From: Trichoplax sp. H2
Lineage: Eukaryota
Assembly (NCBI GenBank): GCA_003344405.1
Contig: NOWV01000001.1
Coordinates: 496,001 to 560,000 of the forward strand
DNA length: 64,000 nucleotides
Reading direction: 5' to 3'
Under the pieces are notes generated by a model. That model worked only from the letters and a program-made list of their open reading frames with translations. It did not search any database and was not told where the DNA came from. The position numbers were made by a program, and so were the translations under genes. The number at the start of each line of letters is the position of its first letter. The first letter of the stretch is position 1. Positions 46,101-60,335 of the stretch are shown here, one piece after another.

Positions 46101-48286
46101 TAAATAATGCTAGAATTATCTTGAAGAGGTAGTTTGTTTTTGAGCTTTAAATTAACAATTTTATTCTCTATTTCGATATCTTCTTGGCATTTAAGCCATC
46201 TAACCTTACAACAACTATGAATTACAAACTTTTAGGCGATTTATGTTTGGTTTATCCGCACTACCGGCTGTCTTTTTGGCTGTTTCCACATATTTTTTGC
46301 CAAACAGCCCACGCTGGCTTTTGACCCGTGGAAGAGAAAGAGATGTAAGTTATTATGTTTTCAAGTAGCATACTAGGCATATATGTTCAAAAACTATAAT
46401 TAACAAAAATTCATGCCTCTAACAGGCTCTTACGACACTACAAAAAATTAGAGAAACAAATGATGTTACAACAGAATTTCAACTAATAAAGGAAAGTCTG
46501 TCCGCGGAAAATGCAAGTATTGCTACTACAAGATCAAAAAAATCTTTCCGAAATAGTGCTTATCTGGCAGTTTGTGCTGACATGATGTTGTTTATTATTA
46601 TCAATGCAGTCTTACACCTTTCGAAGTTTGTTTAGCTCTCAAGGCAAACTACGTAAACGACTTGGGATTGTGGTATTGCTGGCATTATTTCAGCAGGTAT
46701 AGCTATATTTTCTTATATTACGGTGTGTCACCAGCAATTTTAATGCATATTTTTCGATAATTGTCCTCACGAGAATTAAAATTTTCGTGTGATCCGTGAT
46801 GAGCATACTTTAAGGCCTTACTACATAAACTTCACAGCTTACAGGCCAACCAAATATATTATACTACGCTCCCACAATCTTTAAATCTATTGGATTCTCG
46901 AATGGTTCTGATGCTACACTTGCCACCGTTGGCTTAGGGATGATCAAGGTAATAATCCATCTCTTATTTATCAGTTAAAGATTTTACCTTTAGGAATATG
47001 ACAAACTGTAGCATACTCACATTTTGGGCTTTATTACTAGACGATTTTCACATTTATCGTACTGCTTGGAATAGACAAAATAGGTAAGATTTACTCCTAG
47101 ACTAAGTTAAGGAAGGTACGGTATCTCTGGTCTGCCTTTAATTATCTTACTATTTTATCTAAGGACGTAGAACCGCCTTAATTGCTGGTTCTTCTGCTAT
47201 TGCTATAAGCTTAATTGTATTGGGAATTGTATCGAGTTCTTATCCCAACATTCAGAAACCATGTTCTCTTAATGCATCCAGCAATTATTTCATACTACAA
47301 GGTTGCAAGTTATATATTAAGCTTTGACAATTGTTAGCAATAACACTTTATCTAAGTAATATTTAAATCATATCAGGTAATGGATCGACTTCAGATGGTA
47401 ATGCGACCTTGGTGGTTAAAATTATGTCGTTTACATCCTTATTAGCTTTTGTAGCTGCGTATGCTTTTGGATTCGGACCAGGCAACTATCTCATTACCTT
47501 TAATTGTTATCATAGTTTGAGTCATACCACTTAATATATACCTTTATGCTATTTCGTAATTTACTTTAGTGACTTGGATCTTGATTAGCGAGTTATTTCC
47601 TCCCGGGATTAAAGGACGCGCTTCTTCAGTCGCAAGTTTAACCAATTGGCTAACCAATTTTTTAATATCTTTCACTTTCTTGGATCTGTCAGGTAATGGT
47701 GCATACATAGTGATAGATCTTGCATAAATAAGTCTAAATTACAACAGAAATTATCCAACACGAATTAATTATTGGCCATAAGTTATTTACTAATCGTAAT
47801 TTGCATAAAAATTTTTAAATTAATTATACCCGAAATCTCATCGTGTGAAATGTTGGCCTTAAATTATCTACAAACGCTAATTTGTATAAACTTGCTTTCG
47901 CTTCACCAATTACCCTCCAAAATACTGATAGTAACAGATATTATATATTTAATACAGATTCCATAGGACTTTCCGCTTTATTCTTCATATATGGCGGAAT
48001 TAGCTTTATTTCTGTTGGCTTTATCGTTTCTCAAGTACCTGAAACCAAAAGAAAGACACTAGAGGAAATATCTACCGATATGACAGCTCCCCATACGATT
48101 TCATTTCCATGCTATTGGAGAAAAGGACATGCTGGTCGGCTTCCGCTAGGAAATGAAATTTTGCTTCAGCACTCTTCATCGTTTGAAAAATACGCTCATT
48201 ATGAGCCACCTAGCGGTACTCTTGAACTACCCGAATCTCCAACATCTCCATCCCCTAACCCTATCAATGACAGCCATTTCGCATAA
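43197..48286 (+). CDS. Class III facilitative sugar transporter (GLUT10/GLUT12, SLC2A10/12-like); 5' end unresolved
   Basis: [76 protein letters not shown]. Exon 43197-43275 joins 44309 in phase 2; the initiating exon probably lies in 39600-42250 but was not fixed. Confidence 0.88.
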
Positions 48287-49790
48287 AATAAAATAAATTA
48301 TTTCTCTAGGAATTAAGGACAAAAAGGCTAATATGAAAGATTGGGTTAATTAGCATTATACTAAATTTATTGCATTTTTGTGATCGCTTCTACTAGGGCA
48401 TTTTATAAGGCATATCAGGAAAATAATACTTCCCTGTATATTTATTGCATATTTATTAATCCCTTGTGTATTATACACGTAAATACATATAGCATTCAAG
48501 GATTCATCGACAAGAAAAACACCTTTTGATGTAATTGCTCAAAATTCTATTCATTTATCGAACTTGATGTTAAACATATTTATGAAGATGTATGTGCATA
48601 GTAGTTTATTCAATTAATGGGCGAATTATTTTGTGATCATATCGCTGAAATACGCGTGTAGCAGGAAACACTGTGATAAAATTAAAACAAATCGTCCAAT
48701 GGACTAATATCGTATATACATCTACTTAAATAAATATTAGAGCTTATAATCGTTAGCTCTACTATTTTGTTTGCTCCGCATTTTGATGTACCCAATACAT
48801 ATTACAGTTACTATAATGCTGTATGGTAAGACAGTCCTTTCACTCAGTGATATCGTACTATATTGCCAGCGGCAAGGTGGGGGCAGTCTCTCCATTCTTC
48901 ACTCTACAGAAAATGATAATATTATACTACAACATTGAAGCAGTGGCTTGAATTGTTTATTCTCGTAATTTGTATTGAATTCAACAACACTTGTATTCTC
49001 TCTTATTTCTTGATCTGCTAATTAAATTAACGTAATGTACGTTAATCCAGCTAGAAGGTACCTTGGTATTAAAATATTGTCATCTCAAATTACTTTCATC
49101 TTTCAACATTTTATCCAAGATGATTTAAGGATACTTCCTCTCCTTCCCCTGGATAAAAAATAGACTGGTTTGATCGGTCTGCTTTTGTCAATTATGCACG
49201 CTAAAAAAATGTCAATGAAACTAAACGGCTATCATGGAAATAATATTAGATCAGCACAGTGAAGTAATCTTATAGCAGTAACACTTCTTTCATGCTAAAA
49301 CACTATGCAAAATATCTTGTTGATGTTGCCTGGTCTAGGCGAGCAGCGATGAACTTTTCTAGCCAGAATAACCTTAAACTACAATATGCTAACATTCTAC
49401 CGCATCTAAGGTAATACGCACGTAGTCCATACGTAGTATGTTCAATAAACGTTTCAACACCTATTGGTAACACAGTATTGTCGTCGACTGTATACAGTAC
49501 AATAGATTGAGTGAAGTACAGTACAATGGATTGAGTGAACCAAATTGTTACTATTCACTTATTTTACCGTCAAATGGAACGAAGTAAAACAAAAGGAAGA
49601 GCGACTGACACCAACTAGATATTCACTCGTTGGGTCTTTTGTTAGATTGCAACATATTATCTATAACTAATTCCTTTGTTATCAATCTTAATCAGTTGTA
49701 CAGTCTTTCCGAAGAAGAATCATCAATCCATTACAGTATTACTGCAACTGGATGCTTTCTCCTTATTGCTAGTTCTTCAGTAAGCTAGTA

Positions 49791-52700
49791 ATGTGCCTAG
49801 AATGTCTAAGAGGAATTTTTTCCACCGGTAGTAAAAGGTAAGACTATCGTAACTGAGTGAATGCATTTAATTGATCTTAACTTCAATTTTTTGGCAAGGA
49901 TTTTCTTTTCATTTCATTTGGTTTGTTACTTGAACAACGTAGTTTACAGTACAGCAATGGATAGCCGCCAACTGTTTATATTATAGTTTATAGTTTACCG
50001 TATACAAATAACTTTACAAAACTGATCCACATTGGAGAGTGGAAACTATTGCAAAAAAAAAACGTTCACTGCATCCATGTTGATATTTCTGTACATCCGC
50101 GGATTCAACAAGTGGCTGCAGTTGTCAACAATGAAATGAACAACATTTTACAATATTTTAAGCAGAATGCTTACAACGTAAACTTGATTACAATTAACTT
50201 TCTACTGTGTATTGCAGGACTTCTTGCGCTTGATTTTACCTTATCAGCACTTACTTTATCGTTTGATCGTTTTAATCGTACTGTAATTCAAGCTATTTGT
50301 TACTTAACAATTTGATACGATAATGAACCAATTAAGAACTTAGCAGACCAATTTTCTATGAGAAGGACAGTATTATTTCCATTATCATTAATAGGTCATA
50401 CAGTAACAAGACTTTATGCCTTAAGTTTAGCAAACGCAATGTCTTCTAAGTTACAGTACTAGTATACGAATATACAGTATAGTAACTAAAAGGTCGAATA
50501 CATATATGCATTTCAATCGTACAGTCTTAAACTACATATCATCTACTCTAAATTGCATCATAAATAACAAACAGTTATAGTCAACCAGGGGTAGCGAAGA
50601 CTTAAATAATCCTTAATACTGTACGTGTAAATTAGTTTGGCACAGCTTTAAACTGGCATTGAAAATAGACAAACGTGCTCTTACGATAACAGTTATTAAT
50701 TTAAAAGTTTCATAACAACGGCTCATAAATAAATCGATTAGATGAATCCAGATAGATGATTTGTATATTTTAAATTTTAAGGTATATAGAATCTGTTTTG
50801 AGATGCCCTACTATATTCTACGTATATCGCTCTGGTGACTGAGTTTATCAGCCAATAAAAATGTTAGATAGGAACATCATCCTCAACAGTTAATGAATTG
50901 TATAATTTGTTCATAGATTATAAATTTACTATACTTAGTGTACAGTACTGTACCATTTCAAAGACCAGGCTGACTGTTGTTTCAATTCCCAATAGAATAT
51001 TTAATGGCAAACATTGATAATTGATATATGCTGCAACACTTTTGGCGTATAATACAATGTAAAATGTACTGCGCAATCGGTACAGTAAGAATAAAGTATC
51101 ATGTACATGTCTATTAGAATAGACTATAAATGGCACGCATTTATATAGTGAACATAAATTGAAAGAACAGTCGTAGATTAAGACTCTAATGCCAACTGCT
51201 CCTAATCAGACGTGTCTGACAGGTTGGGTGTTTAATATACTGTGTCGAAAATATAATCAACTCATACTGTATCAATATACATTACTGACACGCACAGTAT
51301 ACGGTTGTTGCTTTACTCTTTATATTTATTTGTCTTATTTTATATCGTCCCAGAATCATAGCAGCGTCAAATTTTTGTTTTTATGAAAATTTATTACCTG
51401 TCGAACAGTTACTACTCATGATGATGATTATTTTTACCGTATCGTATAACACGTACGAATTATATAAATTATAATTGACGTAATCTATGGAGTGGATAGT
51501 CCATTTCGTCACGTTATATATATATGTTGCCCAATTTCTTACATTGCCCGTAACCTATGTTGTTGTCACGCTCGCGAATCGCATATAATTAATGTAAAAA
51601 AATTTACTTTTTGCACTGTTGTTGTCACGCTCGCGAATCGCATATAATTAATATAAGAAAATTTACTTTTTGCGCTGTACTGTATAGTGTATGCTTTGGT
51701 GTAGAGAAAGTACTAAAATTGGTGGTATAATAATTATAATTAATCTAAGTTAGTTTACTCTTTGCACTGTACTGTATAGTGTATGCTTTGGCGTAGAGAA
51801 AGTACTAGAATTGGTGGTTTCTTCCCACAGTTCTGTATTATGCTACCAACTCCGATGCCCCTAAGCGAACAGTACACTGTACATGAACAACTCATGACAG
51901 TCTAGTGCAAAACGCAAACTTGAAATTGTACATGGAAATACGCCCAGTAAAGTCAATACGTACAGTGTATGCAGTACAGTATCTGATTAAACTTAGTCTA
52001 GGACGTAAAATGATCCTTCTTCAGAATAGTGCTATGTGTCAAATAGGCACATACGCATACCGATAAATATAGCTTACAATACGTAATACAATATAACACG
52101 TATATGTTATGGCAACGTATAGCTAGTTGTTGGAAACCGGCTGATATTGTATAATATTCTACTTGGTCTTGAATTTACTTGTATTTTGTACAATAAAATC
52201 CTGCAAATTTCCAATTTTTCCTAAAATCCATGTGAAAATTAAATTTCCTTAGCGACGGAATCCTTTTCAGCCCTGCTCCTATGTAGTTTCTCCGTCTCCA
52301 AAGTGATATACTATACAATGTACAGTATGGTACTGTTACAGTGCAGTATTGTATTGTAATTAGTATACTAATAAGTTCCAAGTTCAAAGGTTGTATCGTC
52401 ACATTAGGAACAAGGTATAGTAGAGTAAAAGGAAATAATAACAAATCTAACTTTAAAAGTTAATAACCGCGTGTACTGTATCGGTATATAACAGGTATAT
52501 ATATATATATAGTATCGGTACAACTAGAAAGCCAGTTAACTATGTAAATATATACAGTACAGAGAAAACACTGTCATAATCGATTCCCAGTGAATTACCG
52601 ACGTTGTCACTCCATTACCATATATTTATTTGCAAGGATAGTGAGAAAGACTGCATTGGATTGAGACGAGTTTAAAAAGTGCAGAGACGGCCATATAGCG

Positions 52701-55700
52701 CTGCTACTACGGATAATCATTTAACAAATATTAGAAAACTTAGACCTTGTAATAATCATAGGATGCAGATGTATTGGTATTGTACAATGAACAGAAATTA
52801 GCATCAAGTTTAGAACTTCAAATGAAATTGCTATTTTTCACGTTTTTTTACTGAAGGAAATAGATTTCAACTTGAATGTAATTCAATTTAATATAATTTA
52901 ATTTAAACTTTACAGAGTACCATCGCAACAAAAATCTGACCAGTGTTGTGGGATGATGGTTTCTTCGCTTGCTAAACTGTTTAAAAAGGTATGAAATGCT
53001 TAAATATCTTATTAAGATATATCAATATATATAGGGAAGTTATTTCATTCCAATCTGCAGTTTTTAAAATCGAGGGGTTTTTTTCTTTGCTCCAATACAG
53101 TAACAGTCTACCGTAACCATACTATCATACGTACATAAAAGCGTACTTTTTACGCATCACTTCCGTTATCACTGTAGTTTCGAGTTTCGTCTTTCAGGTT
53201 ATGTTGAAATTAAATAAATTGTATAGTAAAAATATGTGCTATTGTAGTATTAAAGTAGCTTAAGTATCATCGTAATAATATTTATAAACGCCTCGCAACT
53301 ACGACATGATCGAACAGAGTGATTAATGTTAAATTGATTTTGATCAGTACGACGACATCCTACTCTGTACGTGTAAGCATGCCACGGCTGGACGGTAAAT
53401 GGACACTTGTTGCTTTCAATGATGATTTTGACTTACAACAAATTAGTTCTAGTTAACCAAGATCGTCATTCGTACCCTTCGTTATCAATTAAAGTGGTTA
53501 TTTTAGCTTTTAATTTTGTATCAGTATGCAGTAATAAAATAAGAAGAAGCACTGCAATTGATTTTTTTGCTGATTATTTGAAATGATAAGTCTTCACGTT
53601 TATTAAGCACTAGACTTACAGTAGTTACTAATTGAATTAATATTGCATCAATTAATATTTGCATCTAGAGTAATCATGCAGTATTCTTTTTCTCTTGATT
53701 TAATGAACCTACATCATTACTGCGTTGTATCATTTTTGTTCGGATAAAGTATCATCACACATCAGAAATATCAATTTTTACGTTTTGTTTAATCTAACGT
53801 ATATTCAAAATCTTAGCTATCTCACTCTATGTGCGACATGTAGGTGTACAGCATACGATAAATTTAGATATACTAATGCAGTACGTAGATGACGATAGAA
53901 CTTTCCTCGAACGATCATATTCAGGTTAAATCAAATAAACGCAATTTTAAACTGTTTGGTTCGCGTAACTCGGAACAGCATGCGCTCGTAAATACTGTGG
54001 TAAGACTTCAAAAAGTGTGAAATAATCACTTGAAAACTTGAAGTATTAATAAGACCAGGTTCGCATTGTGAATTGGCATCATTCAACTACACACTATCGC
54101 AGTAGCAATTCGTTTCAAACTACAGTACAGTGCACCATTTACGATAACTGGCTGACTAATAGAGCCTGTAGTATTTAGTATTGTTAAATGAACATGTTTT
54201 GGTAGCTATGCATGCTACTGTATGTTTTAATGATTGATAACTGTTTACAGTTTACTTCAAACACTCGGTAAACAGTTACACCCATCACGGTAATGTTTTT
54301 TAGAATTTTTTTGTTACTGACTATACAGGTTCCGTAGCGGTATGCTGTTTGTTTGCCCAGACACAGATATGTTGTACTGAGCTTATATAGAGTTTACTGT
54401 ATTGCACCTTTATCTTCATTAAATTATCCAATTAAATCAAATCAATTCTGGGCAGTCCGAACTTCAAATTAGAACATCATTAACTTGGATTAATTCACTT
54501 ACGTAACTGTATAGACGTATGTACTTTTATACTAATACTATTTACTGTACTGGACATCTACGCATATTATTAAATACGATATTTTTAAGTATAAACTTTT
54601 TTCTTTTTATATGTAAAGCGCACAGCACCGTACGAGACTACGAGTCCAGTATATTGATTCATTGATTTTATAAAGCTTGAACACTGTTTAAGTACTTTTG
54701 AGATTCAGATTAAATTTAAGTAAGATACCATTATTTTTTATTTGTATTAAAGCAACCAGCTATTCAGCTAAATCATTTCTTTCCAAATTATACAGTCACT
54801 CAACCGTGAAATCTGATAGGATTGCATAAGTTTTTCGTCATTACCTTTTATACTCTAATTACAGTGCTTATCTTGAGAGCTTAACTTGGAATTTTTAAAC
54901 AGCAGTCATCTTATTTTCGATCCATACGACTTACATATCTGCTGATTGATAAACTGCTAAATGCAGTACTAACAGTGGTATTATTTTGCACTTGTTACGA
55001 ACAAAAAATGTGATACTCGATAGTAGTTCATTGTTAATTCATAAATTTTGTAAAGGTCGTTAAGGACAACCACTGTATGAAATTATTAAGTACGACTTAT
55101 CCAACAAATAATATATAACTTTTAGAAGGCTCGACCGATTATATCTAGAAGAAATACTGAGCAAGAAAATGTGCTTGAAAAAGAAATTCCGTACATAACG
55201 CCAGATTTATCACATTTAACTGTTCATGAACTAAAAATACTTAAGGAAGTATTAGAGAAGCAAAGTAAATTTGAAGCCGATACCGACGAATTTAAAAGGT
55301 TCTTACTTAGCACTACTGCAGATTACTAATAAAATTATAGGCACCTGTAAGGAGTAACACGTATATGCATTGATTAATTATTATCATATATAAACTAAAT
55401 GGAGAATTAGTTACTATGGTATTGTGAATAATTAATTATTTTTAGGCAACTAAACGATAAAGTACGAGATTGGGATAAAAGACTAACTGCTCCTGGTAAA
55501 GATCGCAATCGCTGCCAAAATTGCTATACTACAAAGTTTGTAGATGGTCATGGTCGTATCTGCCATAACTGTAAATCAACAATCTGCGGGCGATGTGGCC
55601 TGTATACTCCATCGTCGCCTGATCCTAAGGTAACTTATTGTAATCCATATGTGAAGATTAAACTTCAGTATCTAATGACTCGCTGTATAAGAAAATATAT

Positions 55701-58700
55701 ACCTTACCATATGCCTAATAGTCCTATAAGTTTGGTGATAAATAAGCATTGCTTAAAAAATCATTCTAATTGCAATACTAACTTTATATTGAAAATAGCA
55801 AAGTAAAACAGCATGGAGATGTAAAGTCTGTTGGTATAATATGGAATTCTATCACAAGACAGGATTTTGGTATCATGGTAGTCGCTCTGAACTAGTAGTT
55901 AATCGTAGGGAACTAATGGGTTCGGTCATGGAAAATTTAAAATCGGGTTTATCTAGCGTAAGTAAACTAATTTTTAATTATAAACTGAAAGTTAAACATA
56001 GGTCGTCGAGATACAGACTCATTATACAGTTATACGAGTACAGGAAATTAATCTTAATTTTTAATATCTATCGTTTAGAAGGATGATATCAATCATGAAT
56101 CGAAATTACCTGGACTTGATGACGAATCAAAATGGATTTTATTACGACATAATGATAATCATCGACCTTACCGTAATTACACAATGCCATTCGCATAGGA
56201 TTCTAATCTAAAATTAATTTACAAGCATAATGTTACTAATACATGTTGTGTACTCAGCTAATAATTATGCTTACATTTTTTACTGATATATTTTAGCTTG
56301 GTGTATGGGAATACTCATCCTAGGTGGTGTTCTTGTTGGTAAAGATACTACCTATGCCGTTATCGATAATATGGAAAGAGAAACGGAGTTAGAATATGAG
56401 TCGAAAATGACAATCGGTAACGCGATAACAATAAAACTTTTACCTTGTATAAGCTGGAAGCCTTAATACTGTTTACTGCATACACTGTATCAAATTGTAG
56501 GTGATATCGTCATATCATGGGATGGTCATACTCTAATAAACAAGTCCTTTGAGGAAGTAAGGAGTATTGTATCGACGACTGCTGATGCAGTTTGTATTCG
56601 TGTTTGCCGAGCAACAGAAAGGTCAGTTTCAGATAATACTTGTAACATCACTGTTTCTCCAGTTATAATTATCAATGCAGTTTTACGATATATTTGATAC
56701 TATTTGATAATGCACATTAGAATATCAAAATTTAATACTTCTATTGATCAATTCATTCATGACTAAATAAATCTAAGCATGACTGTCTTTGGAATTTAGT
56801 GCTTTTGTTCAAGACTTACGAATGATACCGGATACAATGACTGGTGAAAATAACTTTATCAAAATAGTACTTAGCAGTAGCTGGGAGACCTTCAACATGG
56901 AGGATACTCGTAAAGTATCGACAGAAAATACTAAAAAGACCTTACTTTCTGTTCAAGATACTAGTGGTAATTATTTTCTTGTATCGTATATTTATTTATA
57001 AATTAATTCGAAGTTTAACGGTGTTGTTAACACCTATTACTGTACTTACTATTTACTATTCATATTTCTGTAGCAGACGACATGGAAAGTTCTCAGGAAA
57101 TAACTCAAGAGGTACGTGTATCTACTAAATTATATAGAGTTAACTGTTAAATAGGCGTCATAATTATTTAACGAAGACTTCAAATTACTAGCTATTCCTA
57201 GAAATATCATCGTATACTAATTAGGATTTATCTTAATTATCCCTACAAAGGCATTCAATGATAATCCCCGTAATGGTAGAATCAAGGTAAGGCAGTTTTT
57301 AAAAATTTCCGACGGTTTTACAAATGGCTAAATGATCATGACGCTATCTTTTTAGCTTAGTGTTAAATATCATGATTCTGGAAGACTGGAAGTTTATATC
57401 GCGGAAGCAGCGGATATAAACCCCGATGAAATTACTAGCGATTCCATTTTTTATGTTCAGCTGTGCTTTATAACGCAAGATGGGTAATTCTAATTACAGT
57501 CTATGCATTTATAAGTGCAAATTTCAATTTCAAAAATTTAACGAGTTTTATTGGTTATAGCGAAATAAGTGAAGTTTGGACGTCTTTGTCTATGGACGAT
57601 TCTAAATCCACAAAACTCGAATGGAACCAGTTATATTCTTGTACAATAAATCATAATGAAGTAAGTAGCGTGGGTATTTAAAACTTTAAATTAAGTTAAT
57701 GTAGTTGTTTACAGGCTAAATTGAACAGAAAGTGCAATTAATCAATAGAAACTTAATCCACTCTATATCGTTTTACAGCTATTGAAGACATCCCTTGCTG
57801 TTATTTTATGGCAACTGAGTAGTAATATTACGAAAGTGCGAGAAGTAAGCCGTCGATCCTTGCTACAATATATTTGTAAATATACATTTATTCTTCAACT
57901 TACGATATCTGTTGGATCAGGTTATAGTTAATCCTGAACGAGCTGCCCTCGAAGTAGAGCCTCAATGGTATCAATTATATCCCCACGATGACAACTTTTT
58001 CGAACTTCCATCGCCTCCATGCTCCGAGAAAGTTCACGAACCTGAAATGAAGAACATTCAACATGCTATTCCTGAAGCTATTGTTCAAGACAACGATTTG
58101 ACAGATCACCCTGAACAAGTGCAAAAAGTAGATGTGAAAGGTAAGTTGTAGATGCAACTGTATTCTATCTTTCTTCAGGTTATTGATACTCACTAACCTA
58201 TATGATCCATATGACGTCAGCTTCAGCTAAATTACGCGAAGTAATCGCTGTTAAGACACTCCGTAAGGCCTCAAATCTTGCATCATCCAGCCAAGGTATG
58301 ACACGAAATCCTGGTGAAGATCCGGAATATAAGAAAGATTTGTTCCAGAGACGCAGGTCTAGTCTCGATGGAGTAGCTTGCAAAGACGTTAGTGAAACTC
58401 TCGCATTATCGTATAATGATGCACAACGAGCAGATCGAACTGATAGTGCAAATATATCCGAATCGGGCATTATGGAAAACTACTGCTTTAGTGGAATCAG
58501 GTCAACGAGTCACGTAGTTCCTCGAAGTGACTCTGTATCTAGTTTTTGTAGTTATCAAGATATGACCTCTACAACGGATTATAGCGACACTGAAGTAAAG
58601 AAGCAAGAAAGTACCAGTGGAACAAGATTTAGAAAGAAGAGAGGCAGAACCAATTCTAAATCTTCATTGCTAGAAAGACTCTTGCTGAAAGGTCGATTAA

Positions 58701-60335
58701 CAGAAAACAACGATAAAATATTTAGTTGCCCGCCAAGTCCAAATTCTGAGCGTTATAGACGTACTAGCAAAAATTCCGGTAATATTAATTTATGCATACT
58801 AAGTAAAAATTGGTCCTAAAATACAAATAATATTAGAAATGTTTCAAGTATAGGCTTGCATATGAGTAGTATCTAAGGATTTCGTATATATACGGTGATT
58901 TAGTAGATAATAGTCCAATCCCAGGTGATGCTACTCCAGTGCGGACACGTTGGCAGCTCAATTCAGAGGTAATTGAAGATAGATTGGAAGCTATAAGTCA
59001 ACAAAACCTTGGACCTGGACAAATAGCTGCAAATTCTGGTCAATTTGGAGGTACTTTTAATATCGACTGTATCAAATTCATCTAGTTTAGGAGATTTGAA
59101 GGACGTGATATGTATTATTTGTAGCAATTAAACAATTAGGTATATCAACAATCATGTTAATAACTTTATTTCATATCAGTAAATATCAGTCGAAACGTCG
59201 GTGCTCTTCAGCTGACCATACGAGAAGTCGAAAATAGCTTACAACTCCATATCATTAGAGCAGTTAATTTAATGGCAACTGTAGTATTACCAGGTATGCT
59301 TATTTGGTTCAATTATCTTGCACTAAGTATGTAACTATGTATGTTGTCTCATTATGGTATACAGCGTATTATAATTATATGATATAATTTACACTCTATT
59401 TAGTAATTTAATATCAAAACTTTAAATGTACCTACTATTTCTAGCGTTGATCTTACAAAAATGTAATTACCCTTACTTGCTTTATATATTATAGATACCT
59501 TTGTAAAGATTTATTTAATGGAAGGTGGAATACACAATATCAAAAATAAAAAGCGGAATATCGTGCACAAAGCTAAGAGTCGATCAGTTAAAAACACAAA
59601 GAGTCCAATCTACGATTTCATGCTATCATTTTCGAATTATAAGAAATCTCAAGTTCTATATGTAAGTTACATTGATATCAGAGAAAATACAACTATAGCA
59701 TCTAGACCTTAGGGTGCCATACTGAAATTTAAATTATTTCTTAAATTTAGTTGACTGTCTGGTCTATGGAATCTAGCAATCGCAGCAAAAAGCGACTTAT
59801 CGGAGATATTACCATCGCTCTGGATTTAGTCGACCTCCAATACTGTGTAAATAGATGGTACTGCTTGATGTCACAGCAAACGACTGAAAAACCTATACCA
59901 CACACGAGGCCTCGTTTATCTATCGCTTCAACGAATTCTATGTCGTCTATTGATGCGCCTGTGCATAGTGATATCTTTCCTACCCGAGATCAGAGGAAGC
60001 AGAAGCTTAAGCAGCAAAGAGATCGATATAGAACGAAAGCTTCATCTCTTAGTGAACCACGAACATCACAAACTATCGACAATCAAGGAAAAGATTCTGC
60101 GGAAACATCAGAAGCTGACAAAATATCTGCAATGGAAAGTGATAACTCTTACCTTGAACGGGATTTGTACATGCTGCAATCGACTGGTGCCACTGCAGAT
60201 ACTACAGAAGTTAGCGTTCATGAACAAGAAGACAAAATATCTGCAGCATCTGAGACAGAGTTCGTTCTGCCGCCTCGGTCTTCTTCAGAAACACTACCAG
60301 CCAATGCTACTACAGACGACGAACAATGGTTCTAG
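49791..60335 (+). CDS. RIMS: RIM (Rab3-interacting molecule) presynaptic scaffold homologue: Rab-binding/Zn finger, PDZ, C2A, C2B
   Basis: PDLSHLT helix; CQNCYTTKFVDGHGRICHNCKSTICGRCG...WRCKVC...KTGFWYHG; PDZ (WCMGILILGG...GDIVISWDGHTLINKSFEEV); C2A ending EPQWYQL; LGPGQI followed by C2B (PDTFVKIYLM...WYCL). The first two exons (49791-49837, 52916-52988) are inferred from phase compatibility; the core from 55126 is secure. Confidence 0.88.
51557..51818. repeat. Two adjacent short duplications (about 59 bp x2 and about 50 bp x2) in the inferred RIM intron 1
   Basis: tgttgttgtcacgctcgcgaatcgcatataattaat twice; tgtactgtatagtgtatgctttgg(t/c)gtagagaaagtacta(a/g)aattggtggt twice. Confidence 0.85.
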
